A DNA stretch of 64,000 bases from Alloascoidea hylecoeti. Its lineage: Eukaryota. Positions 48,166 to 60,800 of the stretch are shown piece by piece. The notes below the pieces were generated by a model. That model saw nothing but the letters and a program-made list of their open reading frames with translations. It was not told the origin of the DNA and did not search any database. Where the stretch lies: the NCBI GenBank assembly GCA_001600815.1, contig BCKZ01000033.1, positions 1 through 64,000 on the forward strand, in the 5' to 3' direction. How positions within the stretch are numbered: position 1 is the stretch's first letter; every line of letters starts with the position of its first letter. A program made the position numbers and the translations under genes.

Positions 48166-49839
48166 ATGTCAAGTAAAGAAGCAACACCCGCATCACTTGG
48201 AACGAACCAACCCGAAAGTATAAATGATCTTGATGGTTTTTCAAGAGAAGAGAGTCAACTTTCCCAACTTTCTTCTGATCAAGATGATGATCCAAGTATA
48301 AGTATTGATAATTCAATAGCAAAATTTGAACCAATAAATGAATTTCAAAAATCTATATTTGATAAATCTAAAATTTTTTTATCAAAACAAACACAACCGA
48401 TAATTATACCAAGTTTTTCAGCATGGTTTTCATTTGATTTAATTAATGAAATTGAAAGAGAAAATTTACCTGAATTTTTTACAAATAAAAACATTTATAA
48501 AACGGAAAAAATTTATAAAAAATGTAGAGATTTTATGATTAATTGTTATAGATTGCAACCAAGTGAATATTTAACAGTTACTGCTGTTAGGAAAAATTTA
48601 TCTATTGATGTTGCAAGTATTATTAGAATTCATGCATTTTTGGAACAATGGGGGTTAATTAATTATCAAATTGATCCAAAGGCTAAACCAATGATTGGTG
48701 GTAAAACAAAACCAAAATATAAAGTTATATTTGATGAACCTATTGGTTTTAAAGATCGTTTAGATGATTCTGTTATTGAAAATGGCAATAATGATGATGA
48801 AAATGGTACAGTTGAACAACAAAATACTGTAATCGATACAACTGTTAGAAGGAAACCTTATGATAATATTCTCGATGCTGCTAGTTTACAACATACAAAT
48901 CATGATAGAATTACACAATTATCAGGTCAAGCAATATCTTGTCATGCAACAGGTAATGATATTTCACAAGTTCGTTTTCATAATTTAAGATCAAAAGTAT
49001 CAATTGGTCCAAAACCTTTTAAACAAGGTTTATTTCCTGCAAATTTCCATAGTTCAGATTTTATTCGTCTAATAAATGAAGAAGATGGATCAAAAAATGG
49101 TTCAAGTTGGAGTGATCAAGAACTGTTTTTATTAATGGAAGGTATTGAAATGTTTGATGATGATTGGGATTCTGTTTCAAGACATGTTCGTACAAAAACA
49201 AAAGAACAATGTATTATTAAATTTGTTCAATTACCAATTGAAGATCAATATTTAATTAAAAAAGAAGAAAAAGAATTAAAAGGTGAAGAATTAAGTATGA
49301 ATGAAGTTTTAGAATATTTAGTTGAAGAAGTTGATCCTGATCTTGCTAAACAAGTTAAAGAAAGTTTAAAATCGTCATCTACTGCTCAAAATCAGGTGGA
49401 TACTGGTATTGAAAAAGAAATTGCAGAGACAGCAATGGCTACAATTATATCAAATTCAATAATTGAACAGGATAAACAAGTTGATGAAATGAAATCTTTA
49501 ACATATCAACAAACAGAATTATTACTATCTAAATTTATCACGAAATTGAATAGACTGGAATCTATCGAAACACATTTACAGCAAGTGGCATCTCAAGTTG
49601 AGAATGATAAACTTCAAGTATACTTGGATCGTGTATCATTGGGTAAGCATTCAGCAGTTGTGTTAAACCTGTTGAAGGAATCTATTCAAATTCCAGTTGA
49701 TGAAGGAATAGCACAGGCTGCCAGAGCTGTGGCTATGTCCAATAAAGTTCCTCCTTTAACATGGACCACAGTGAAAAAAGATGAAGTAAAACCAATTAGT
49801 CTTGATAATCCTGAATTGTACAACTACTGGTCTGGTTAA
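48166..49839 (+). CDS. RSC8: RSC chromatin-remodelling subunit Rsc8 (SWIRM + SANT)
   Basis: SWIRM (IIIPSFSAWF..RDFMINCYRLQPSEYLTVTAVRKNL..FLEQWGLINYQIDP), SANT (WSDQELFLLMEGIEMF..W), C-terminal YNYWSG. Likely ATG 48166; adjacency to IRC5 as in S. cerevisiae. Confidence 0.88.
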   Translation: MSSKEATPASLGTNQPESINDLDGFSREESQLSQLSSDQDDDPSISIDNSIAKFEPINEFQKSIFDKSKIFLSKQTQPIIIPSFSAWFSFDLINEIERENLPEFFTNKNIYKTEKIYKKCRDFMINCYRLQPSEYLTVTAVRKNLSIDVASIIRIHAFLEQWGLINYQIDPKAKPMIGGKTKPKYKVIFDEPIGFKDRLDDSVIENGNNDDENGTVEQQNTVIDTTVRRKPYDNILDAASLQHTNHDRITQLSGQAISCHATGNDISQVRFHNLRSKVSIGPKPFKQGLFPANFHSSDFIRLINEEDGSKNGSSWSDQELFLLMEGIEMFDDDWDSVSRHVRTKTKEQCIIKFVQLPIEDQYLIKKEEKELKGEELSMNEVLEYLVEEVDPDLAKQVKESLKSSSTAQNQVDTGIEKEIAETAMATIISNSIIEQDKQVDEMKSLTYQQTELLLSKFITKLNRLESIETHLQQVASQVENDKLQVYLDRVSLGKHSAVVLNLLKESIQIPVDEGIAQAARAVAMSNKVPPLTWTTVKKDEVKPISLDNPELYNYWSG

Positions 49840-50046
49840 TTATTTTTAATAAATATGATATACATAGTAATTTTTTGTATAATATAAATTTTAGCTGTAC
49901 AGATTTCAATTTAAAATGACTATTGTGGGTGTTTGATACATCCCTCCATCCATTCCATAATCGGTTTTGTTAATCTGATAATCTACCTGTCTAAAAACTT
50001 GTTTTTTCCCACTAAACAATATATTTCTTGTTGTCAGACTAACCAA

Positions 50047-50928
50047 ATGGAGTTTTCCAATTTTACTTTTGTTTGGTATGTTCATTGACTACGTGTCTTC
50101 AATTTTTATACTAATGTATGTGTTTGGGCTTAGGACTGGAGAAGGAGATAACGTTTTTTTAGCTGGTTCTTTTAATAATTGGCAAAGAATCCCACTAGAA
50201 AAAATTAAAGATGGTCTTTTTTATGCTACTTTAAAAGTTCCAAAAGAACGAATATTATACAAAGTGAGTAATTTTTTGTTAAAATTGTTTAAAATTTGAA
50301 AGTAAAACCACGCTAACCTAACTTGATGTGAAAGTTTATCGTGGATGGAAATTGGAAACATGCACCAGATTCTAAAATCGATATCGACCAATCAGGAATC
50401 CTCAACAATGTTCTATTACCAGAAGATATGAATAATTCATCATCCTCTGATTTTTTATCTGATTCTGTTAGTACATTTTCTGAAAAACATGAGAATTTCT
50501 ATGATACTGAAAGTGAAATTGAAAATGGTAATGAATCTGATAATTTTAGTGAAATTCCAAATATTGATGAAGGTAGTGATTCAGAAATTGATGATAATGA
50601 TTTTATTGATGCTTCATCATTATCTGATGGTATTATATCTGAAAAAAAATCTATTGCTTTTAGTACTACTATGGTGGATCCAATGTCTCCTGGTTTTTCT
50701 CTTGTTGAATGCAGCGATATAACCGATAGTGAGTTACGTAGTGATAATGATGAACCATTTCAAATTGGCTATAATGATCTTAAAGATAATATTGTTAATG
50801 ATAAACTTAAACAGAAAGAGGTTCTGGTAGAACTTCCTGAATCATCTGCAGGTACGAGTACGTCTTCAAATGGGAAAATGAATACATCAGGTGGGATATT
50901 TGATAAGATTAAGACATACCTTTTTTAG
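50047..50928 (+). CDS. CBM48/AMPK-beta-like glycogen-binding domain protein (Crp1/Mdg1-like), exons 50047-50075, 50134-50263, 50335-50928
   Basis: Spliced product MEFSNFTFVWTGEGDNVFLAGSFNNW...YKFIVDGNW is a CBM48 motif. Introns GTATGT..TACTAAT..TAG and GTGAGT..GCTAAC..AAG. Acidic C-terminal tail. Confidence 0.8.
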
Positions 50929-52779
50929 CTGTCACTTCAGAGATTAATTGTTGGAATTGTATATTTTTTGCTTTTCTCATATCTATATCATTAATATTGC
51001 TTTAATATTCTTTTATACACACATATAATATTTTTTCAGCATCTTTTATGTTATTAGTTTTTAGGGTTATTTTATTTTAATTTAGGTAGAGGGTTTTCAG
51101 ATTTATATATATAAATTTTTTAAAAGAATTAGCAAGCTTGAGGAAAGATGCCTTTCGTCATACGTTTTTCCATCTAGATCTGTTTTAAACGTTTTTTGGT
51201 GTCCCCTTAATTTTTTTTTCTTTTTATTCTAGATTTTTCGATCAATTACTTAAGTTAATTATTAGTTGCGACCGAGATTATTTAGATCGAGAATCGAAAT
51301 CTAAATTTAAAGCCGAGTTACCTGGTTATATGTTGATGTTCCTATTTATATTATATTTAGATTGATTGCATATGTAATCAAATATTAATTTTTGAAAAGT
51401 TAGAGACATCGATCTAATTCATATGAATATCGAGTTTATTTCAGTTAAATATAGAACTCTCACAAGAATTGACCTTTTCTCAACGGTGTTGATGTTTCAA
51501 ATTTCAATGATCAACTCATTTCAAAATTCACATTTTGATTAATTTATATTGGTACATGTACTACGATCTAGCTGGAATAGCAATTTGTCACATGAATCAT
51601 GGTATCGATATCAACTGATCGAGAATCCGAGAAAGCGAAGTGGAGAACAACTGTAGAATATAGAATTATAATACCCAAAGTTACACCATGAATATATCGA
51701 ATGAGTTACCGCAACCAACAATTTCATTAAAAGTAAGAGGACACTGAGATTTCAACCGAATAGCTCAAGGCTAGTTAGGCGATCGTGTCAAGTTCCAACT
51801 CAAGGGTGTTAGTTCGTGTTATCACTCAGTGGCTGGTGATGGCCTAATTGACGATGCAAAGGTGGCTAGCAGTACGATAATTTCAAACATTCCTTTCGTC
51901 TATTTACGAGCAAATATGGTGGTCCTTGATATTAATTGTATACGTGTTTGGTAAACCACTACAATTGCAATATTGAATCGCTGAAACAACAGATTTAAAT
52001 GGATTCTGGCAGCAATTCGAAGGATGGAAACAAAAACTATTAATAGAGCTTTGCTTCAGCTATGTGGACAACCCAAACCCAACAGAAAATTCAAGCCTGT
52101 GATCGTATGTTCGTACACGTAAACATCAATTATTTACATAAATTATCGATTTAGATGATTGGCATTGGAGGTGCGGTGTGGGTTATATTTAGATCAGAAG
52201 ACAATATTATAATGTGTTGATCCAATGGTCTACACAATGATGGTTCAATTATTATCAGAAGAGGAGGTTGCGGCTTCGGTATCCCTGCATTAAACTTATA
52301 TCGCATCCATACGATGGCCCATATATGTTCTTCCTCATACAGTTGCTACTTCCCATCTCCACAACTCCCGGAAACCTCTACCTCTGTTCCATTCGGACCC
52401 CAGTTTCTATGTATATAATGTCGGAATATACGTAATATCCGAAATAAGCCAGCACAAGGTCTACCTTATAGCATAGTATGCCAATGAGATGTCGATGCTA
52501 TGCATGGCCGTCAACACATATCGGTTTTAATTAAATAGATTCATTAATATCGGCACCACCAATTAATATTCTTCGATCGTAACTTTTAATGTATTCGTAT
52601 GCTCGAGATATTTCTAAAAATAAACTACTATAGACCATCAACCTCCATGACAACAGTCGCATTGGTTGTGTCTTAAGCGCTTACTCTTGCCATATAAAAG
52701 TTGAAGGATTCCCCCTCAAACCTTTGCCTTCTCAGTAAAATCACCATCTTAAGACACTCGTTGTAATTGAATCTTAGTG

Positions 52780-55700
52780 ATGAGATTACAGTTGCTTGCC
52801 CTCGTGCTGTCCGCCAGTTCAGCCCTAGCTGGATACTACAACAATACAATAAGCACTTCAATTTATACAACTACCTTTACTACAAGTGTTAACCATTACA
52901 CCACCTATTGTCCTCTTCCAACTAAGATTGTCCATGGTACCAAAACACTCACTGTTACCAAGCCAGGCTATGTGACTGTTACCGAATGTCCTCCCGAAAA
53001 ATGTACTCTCACCGTTACTTCTATCGTTACAAGCTCTGTTCCCGTTACTGTTACTTCTAGTGCTACCAAGACAGGCCCAACTCCAACAATTACTGTCCCA
53101 AGTACCTATCTTACAACTTTCACTACTGATGTCACTGAATACACTACTTATTGCCCTACTCCAACTAAAATCGTTCATGGTACTAAGACACTTACTGTTA
53201 CCAAGCCAGGTTATGTGACTGTTACTGAATGTCCTCCAGAAAAGTGTACTCTTACTGTTACTTCTGTGGTCACAAGCTCAGTTCCAGTTACTGTTACTTC
53301 TAGTGCTACCAAGACAGGTCCAACTTATACAGTTACTGTTCCAAGTACTTACTATTCAACATACTATAGCGATGTTACTGAATATACTACTTATTGTCCA
53401 GTTCCAACTAAAATTGTCCATGGTACTAAAACAGTTACTGTAACGAAGCCAGGTTATGTAACTGTTACTGAATGTCCTCCAGAAAAATGTACTCTTACTT
53501 TTACTTCAATTGTTACAACAGAAATTGAAACTGTTACAACTAATAGTACGATTAAAGTTACAAAGCCAACTCAAACTATAACTGTTCCAAGTACTTATTT
53601 TACAACTTATAGTACTGCTGTAACAGAATATACTACTTATTGTCCTGCTCCGACTACAATTGTTCATGGTACTAAAACACTTACTGTAACCAAACCAGGA
53701 ACTGTTACTGTAACTGAATGCCCTCCAGAGAAATGTACAATTGAGATTACATCTTTAATTACAACCGAATATGAAACTGTTACTTCTACTAGCACAGCTA
53801 AAGTTACAAAACCAACTCATACTATCACTGTTCCAAGTACTTATTTAACAACTTATTCTACTGCTGTTACTGAGTATACTACTTATTGTCCTTCACCAAC
53901 CACTCTTACACATGGAAATAAGACAGTTATTATCACCAAGCCAGGAACTGTTACTGTAACTGAATGTCCACCTGAGAAATGTACTGTTGAGATTACATCT
54001 TTGGTAACAACAGAGTATGAAACTGTGACTTCTACTAGTACAGCTAAAGTTACAAAGCCAACTCATACTATCACTGTTCCAAGTACTTATTATACAACTT
54101 ACTCAACTGCTGTTACTGAGTATACTACTTATTGTCCTTCACCAACCACTCTTACTCATGGTACTCAAACAGTTGTTATCACTAAGCCAGGAACTGTTAC
54201 TGTAACTCAATGTCCTCCAGAGAAATGTACTATTGAAATCACTTCCCTGATAACTACTGAATATGAAACTGTTACTTCTACTAGCACAGCTAAAGTTACA
54301 AAGCCAACTCATACTATCACTGTTCCAAGTACTTATTTAACAACTTATTCTACTGCTGTTACTGAGTATACTACCTATTGTCCTTCACCTACTACTATTA
54401 CTCATGGTACTCAAACAGTTATTATCACTAAGCCAGGAACTGTTACTGTAACTCAATGTCCTCCAGAGAAGTGTACAATTGAAACATCATCTATTTGCAC
54501 TACTACTGAGTATTATACCTCTACTTCAACTGCCACAAAGACGAAGCCTCCTGTTACTGTNNNNNNNNNNNNNNNNNNNNNNNNNNNNNNNNNNNNNNNN
54601 NNNNNNNNNNNNNNNNNNNNNNNNNNNNNNNNNNNNNNNNNNNNNNNNNNNNNNNNNNNNNNNNNNNNNNNNNNNNNNNNNNNNNNNNNNNNNNNNNNNN
54701 NNNNNNNNNNNNNNNNNNNNNNNNNNNNNNNNNNNNNNNNNNNNNNNNNNNNNNNNNNNNNNNNNNNNNNNNNNNNNNNNNNNNNNNNNNNNNNNNNNNN
54801 NNNNNNNNNNNNNNNNNNNNNNNNNNNNNNNNNNNNNNNNNNNNNNNNNNNNNNNNNNNNNNNNNNNNNNNNNNNNNNNNNNNNNNNNNNNNNNNNNNNN
54901 NNNNNNNNNNNNNNNNNNNNNNNNNNNNNNNNNNNNNNNNNNNNNNNNNNNNNNNNNNNNNNNNNNNNNNNNNNNNNNNNNNNNNNNNNNNNNNNNNNNN
55001 NNNNNNNNNNNNNNNNNNNNNNNNNNNNNNNNNNNNNNNNNNNNNNNNNNNNNNNNNNNNNNNNNNNNNNNNNNNNNNNNNNNNNNNNNNNNNNNNNNNN
55101 NNNNNNNNNNNNNNNNNNNNNNNNNNNNNNNNNNNNNNNNNNNNNNNNNNNNNNNNNNNNNNNNNNNNNNNNNNNNNNNNNNNNNNNNNNNNNNNNNNNN
55201 NNNNNCATGGTACCCAGACGGTTGTTATCACAAAGCCAGGAACAGTTACTGTTACAGCTTGTCCACCTGAGAAATGTACAATTGAAACATCATCTATTTG
55301 TACTACTACTGAATATCATACAAGTACCTCTACTGCTACAAAGACAAAGCCAAAGGAGACATTAACTGTACCTACAACTTTCTATAGTACATTTACAACT
55401 GGCGTTACAGAATATACTACTTATTGCCCTTCACCTACTACTTTGACTCATGGTACTGAAACTGTTGTTATTACAAAACCGGGAACAGTTACTGTTACTG
55501 GATGTCCACCTGAGAAATGTACAATTGAAACTTCTGAAGTTTTCACAACAATTGATTATGTTACTGTTACTTATACTACTTTTTCAACCCATATATTACC
55601 TCCAAAAGTAGTTACAGTTTCTGAAACTTATTATACTACTTTTAGTACAGCAGTTACTGAATATACAACTTATTGTCCATCACCAACTACTTTGGTTCAT

Positions 55701-56057
55701 GGTACTGAAACTGTTGTTGTTACTGAGGCAGGAACTGTTACTGTTACTCAATGTCCACCAGAAAAATGTGTTATTCAAACATCAACATGTATTACTTATG
55801 ATGTGACTCCAACAGTGGTTCCAGTTACTGAGAATGTTAAAGGTGTTGCTCCAACTTCAGCAGCAGAGGTCTCTGTGATTGAAGTTTCTAGTGTTGTTAC
55901 AACTACTTCACAATCGGTTACTACACCACCAGCTTTGGTTACTGCTCAAGCATCTACTACTTGGGCACCTACTGTTGCAGTCGCGACGGCTAATTCTGGA
56001 AGTAAATTGGTTGCACCTTTAGCTGGATTTGCTGCTCTTTTGGTTTGTTTCCTTTGA
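52780..56057 (+). CDS. GPI-anchored Thr-rich cell-wall protein/adhesin with Sed1/flocculin type-3-like repeats (interrupted by assembly gap)
   Basis: Signal peptide; repeats of YTTYCP.PT..HGT.T...TKPG.VTVT.CPPEKCT; C-terminal GPI signal ANSGSKLVAPLAGFAALLVCFL. The frame offset across the Ns is a gap-size artefact. Confidence 0.88.
52860..55800 (+). repeat. Intragenic tandem repeat, 243-249 bp (81-83 aa) units, at least 10 copies
   Basis: catgg(t/a)a anchor recurs at ~52932, 53176, 53419, 53665, 53911, 54157, 54403, 55206, 55449, 55698. Confidence 0.9.
54561..55205. other. Assembly gap (Ns)
   Basis: Run of N within the tandem-repeat gene. Confidence 1.
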
Positions 56058-56749
56058 TTAACACCTCCTCATCTTGCATTTTTGAAAATTTCTTGGATTC
56101 TTTTTATGAATCGCCTTTTCATTGTTTCAAACTCTCAAGAAGCTTTGTTTTTCAAAATTTTTAAAATTTTAGATTCTTGTGCTCTGTCTTCATGAGCTAC
56201 TTATCGTTTCCATTTCAATTGCATTTGCAAATTCTTTTGTCGATTCTTTTTTTGAATGGTCTTTTGGCATATATATTTATTGATGACCATTATTTTTGCA
56301 TACATATTTTTTGTCTCTTTGGCTTTTTGCTTCAAAATTTTAGCATTTTATTTTTTTACGTCTTTTTATGATCATGAGATTTAAAATATATAAAAAATTT
56401 CTGAATTTGTATTAGTTAATTAATTTATATGGATTAATATAATATACATTCGTTTATGGAATACAAAATAATATTAAAAGTAAAAAGTAAATTGTGAATA
56501 TGTCTTTAAACTATCGTAGAAAAATTGTGATCATATTTTAGTTTTCTTTAAATTTTTTATGTATAATAGAGGGAAACGAGTAGAGTAATATTATTTTATA
56601 ATTATTTATATATTATTATGTATGTTATGTATGTTATGTATTAGATATTCATAAATAAAAGAAGAAATGTTAAATTAATTAGATATAATAAATTTAAGTA
56701 TAATATTCCATCTGTGGGTTGGATATAATCATTATAAAAAAAAAAAACA

Positions 56750-57742
56750 TCAATTTATAGATTCAATAAAGTAGTCAAATAATCTTGTATCAATATTATT
56801 TTGATTATGATATTTTTTCATTATTGATATACATTCTAAATATTTTTCCCTTGTTATAATATTTTCTTGATTTTGAATATATCTAGGAGTATCATCATAG
56901 TGATTAGTATTAATAGAGTCATTAGGATGAGGGGAAACAGATTGTTTTATTTGAGAATGATTAATATTAATAATCGGAGAGTTTATATTTGGAACTAATT
57001 TAGATTGGTTAAATGTAAGAGAAGTTGTTTTTGATAGATTATTAGGGTCCAGTTGTAAATGTTGATAAGATCTAGAATTATCTGAAGGATAACAAAGATG
57101 ATATGAAGATTGATTTGTTATTTCTTGAGAGTATAACCTCTGTTGTTTTTCAAACCGTTGAGTTTGAATATACTGTTGCTGCATTTGAACATGTTGATGA
57201 GGAGATGTTCGGTCATCATCATCAGTAGAATTGGAAGGGTTTGTAAGAGAATTAACATCAGAATTGGTAGTAGAATTAGAATCAGAATTCACAGATTTTC
57301 TTTTACCTCCTCTTCTTCTTTTAATATTCATTCTTCCTTTTATAGAATCAATCATACCATTACTTGGAGCTTCAACATTTTCTATTCCTGAGTCAAGGCA
57401 TAAATGCATATATTTTTTTCTGATAAGCTCACTTGTAACAATTCCACCACTTTTAACAAATTCTTCCAACCAGATTTGTAAAGTTTTAGTAACACCAGGA
57501 TGTTTAAAAACAGGTTTTCTTCTCCTTTTCCCCAAATATTTATCGTTAGAAACCATAGTAGCAATAATATCTTTATTTTTAACCCATTCACTAATTGTAC
57601 TTGAAGATATACAAAACCGATTCTGACACTTGAAATGTTCAACTACTTTACGTTGGGAGGCCGTGGAATTGACAGCCATCCACTGCAGAACCTCCATTTT
57701 CTCGTTATAGGAGGCCCGTGGCAGTTTACTTATCTGAACCAT
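56750..57742 (-). CDS. CENP-B/Tc5-type double HTH DNA-binding protein without DDE domain (domesticated pogo transposase-like)
   Basis: SYNEKMEVLQWM..SQRKVVEHF..ISSSTISEWVKNKD (CENP-B_N) followed by KHPGVTKTLQIW..VTSELIRKK..PSNGMIDSIKGRMNI (Tc5 HTH); the rest is Q/N/S-rich. Confidence 0.8.
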   Translation of the reverse strand: MVQISKLPRASYNEKMEVLQWMAVNSTASQRKVVEHFKCQNRFCISSSTISEWVKNKDIIATMVSNDKYLGKRRRKPVFKHPGVTKTLQIWLEEFVKSGGIVTSELIRKKYMHLCLDSGIENVEAPSNGMIDSIKGRMNIKRRRGGKRKSVNSDSNSTTNSDVNSLTNPSNSTDDDDRTSPHQHVQMQQQYIQTQRFEKQQRLYSQEITNQSSYHLCYPSDNSRSYQHLQLDPNNLSKTTSLTFNQSKLVPNINSPIININHSQIKQSVSPHPNDSINTNHYDDTPRYIQNQENIITREKYLECISIMKKYHNQNNIDTRLFDYFIESIN

Positions 57743-57802
57743 TTGACATGTTTTGATCCTTTTGAATGTTCAATTATTGATGGCTGGTATTGTTGACGGA
57801 AG

Positions 57803-57810
57803 TTACCCGG
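57803..57810 (+). promoter_or_regulatory. Reb1-type site in 119 bp bidirectional promoter
   Basis: TTACCCGG midway between the ATGs at 57742 (-) and 57862 (+). Confidence 0.6.
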
Positions 57811-57861
57811 CAAAGATAGAGGAACGCCAAACCTTCTTCTAATCTTTCAGATCTATAGAAG

Positions 57862-60800
57862 ATGTCAGAACTTCAAGTAGCAACACAGGATCCTCCTCAA
57901 CCTCCTTTTTCTCAAGAAACAGGGGAACGTCGAGAATCTCAAGAGTTGCAACCTATGGAAGTGTATGAATTGGCAGTGGCTGCTGTCCCCAAACGGAAAA
58001 GACACAGGAGGTTCAAGCCGAAAAAGAAGGTTTCTAAGCCTGAATCCAAAAAGAAGTCTTTACTTCAGTTGGGTTTTAGAACTATGCCACAATATATGAG
58101 AAAGTACGCGTTATTTCCCCTTTTTCACTCCATCTTTCACTCCATCTTTTAACATGACTGACCAAGAATTCATATTCCTATAGGTATTGGAGTAGACGCG
58201 ATGAGGTCTTTTCAAAGTTTGACGAAGGTGTTTATTTGACACCTGAACTTTGGTACGGTGCTACCCCAGAGAAATTGGCATCGTAAGTATTTCATTATAC
58301 ATTCAATTTTAATTCTAATTCTAATACTAACTCCTATTTCTTTCTAGTTCAATTTCTGATTTTATTAAACGTTCCTTACCTAGAGCTAAAACAGCCGTTG
58401 ATGGATTTTGTGGTTCGGGTAATGTTTCAATTCAATTAGCAAAACATTTTGATAATGTAATTGCAATTGATAAAGATCCAATTGCTATTAAATGTTTACA
58501 AAAAAATTCAGACATTTATGGAGTAAGAGATAAGATTCAAACTGTAATGGAAAACTTTGATACTGCTTCATTAAGATATAAAGCTGATGTTGTGTTTGTA
58601 TCACCAAATTGGAATGTTGTTGATCCAAAATCAAGCAAAAGTTTTAATTTAAATACTGGATTACCTTATCCTATGTATGTATTTTTACAATATTTTTTCT
58701 CACCCTTATTCTAACAAATATTTATAGTGCTGAATTGAAAAAATCATGTGAATCAATATCAAATAATATTGTTATGTTTCTTCCAAGAAATTCAAATTTA
58801 AAACAAATTGCTGATGCAACAAAAGATGATGAAAAATGTAGATTATCATATATTTATCTCCATGGAGCATTAAAAGGACTTTGTGTAGATTGGGGTCCTG
58901 CTTTTACACCAAGACAATATAAAAATTTCATTGCAGCTGATGGAATATTTAAAAAATTAACTATACCATTAGAAGAAGGAGAAGGATCACAAATCATTAA
59001 TAATAATGAAATTGAAGATTTAATGAGTATTGATAAACCAACAAAAGATTTAGTTAGTTGTTTAATGAATTTATCAGTTGATTCACAAATTGAATTAAAT
59101 AAACCATTTTTAAAAAAATCAGCAGAAGAAGGATTAAAAGAAAATTCAATTAATATTATTAAACCACAAGGTGATTATGGTATTGCATCACCACCAAAAC
59201 CAAGAAAAAGAAGACAATTTATACCTGGTGGATTAAATAATAAATCACGAGAATTTGGATTTAATGGGAATAGAAGAGATTCTCCTTCTTTACAACGTTA
59301 TTCAATAATTAATAAATCAAATCCTGTATTAACAGGAGTTGGAACAGTTAGAAGAACTGCAAGTGGTGCAACTACTAAACCAGGTCGTAAAATTGCAATG
59401 AATCCATCAAGAATGAAATTATTAGAAAAAGGTAGAAAAGATAAAGAATTAGGTGTTGATGATACAAAAGATCAAGCACCTATTCGTACATGGGGTGGAC
59501 CACAACAATCATCAACAAATACAATTCCACTTAAAAAAGTTAGATCAATTTTTCAAAATAAAAATGCAAATCAAGATTCTGATACATATTCATCAGTGCC
59601 AAATCCTTATGCTTTGAAAAATGATTCAAATACTTCTGCAAGATCAAGAGGATCTCCTTTATCTTTTAGAAAATCGGCTGCACCACTTGGATTAAAAATC
59701 AATAGAGGTGTTACAAATGGAAGAGATATAAATGGTGAATCTTCAAGAATGAGAATGCCAAGTGGATTAGTTAATAAAGATACAACTCCACAATCAACAT
59801 CACAAGGTGTTAATAATGTTTTTAAAAGAATGGCAAGACCTTTTGGTAAGACTGGAGTACCTTCTGAATCATCAAGAAGTGAAGAAACAAGAGCAACAAA
59901 TTCAAATTCAAGACGTAGAGCAGAACCTGTTCAATCAAATATAAGAACAGAAAGAAGAAGTGGATCATTATCATCTGCACCAACCAGTATTCAAAGATCA
60001 ACAGTTGGAAGATCTCCTAGGCCTGTTTCATTAGTTGGAAGATCTCCAAGACCTGTTTCATTAAGAGCAAAATCTCCAAGAGCTATCCCCGTTGTAGCTA
60101 AATCTCCAAGACCAATTCCTCTTTCAACTATTTCTCCAAGGCCAACTACACCAGGGAGATCATCAAGACCTACATCAACAAGACTCCCAGCAACAAGATC
60201 TCCTAGACCTCCAATAATAGGTAATAGAAGATCAGGACCTCAACCTTTAAGTTCTTCTGCTACACCTACTTCTGCTGGTCGTCGTGAATCAAGAGGTGGT
60301 TCAATTGCAGCAGCATTTAGTTCATCTTCAAGAACTGGTAGTGTAAGAACATCATTAACAGGTAAATCAATGGCTACCTCAGATAAACCAACACTGGTTA
60401 CTGGATTTGGAAGAAGAACTTCTAGTATTCATTCATTAGCAGAAAAACCATCACCAGTTACTGCATTTGGTAGAAGAACATCAAGTATTCCATCATCAAG
60501 AGAAAACCCAATTTCTCGTACCCCAACTGGATCATCTCGTCATAACATACCATCATCAACACCAACAGGATCTTCATCACGTCATAGTTTATCATCAGCA
60601 TTTGCAGCATCAAGGGGAAGACGTATAAATAGTTTAACACCAACAAGAACTTCATCTTCATCTTCTTCTTCTTCTTCTGCAATTGGGAATTTACTTAATG
60701 CAAGACCTATTTCAAGAAGTAGTAGTAGACCTACTAGTTCTAATGGAATCAATCCAGGTGTTAAAAGAGGTTATGATGCTTTGGGAACAGGTGATGGGAA

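Noticed and set aside
54479..55365. ORFs spanning the N run and an apparent frameshift in the wall protein
   Set aside because: Artefacts of the estimated gap length.
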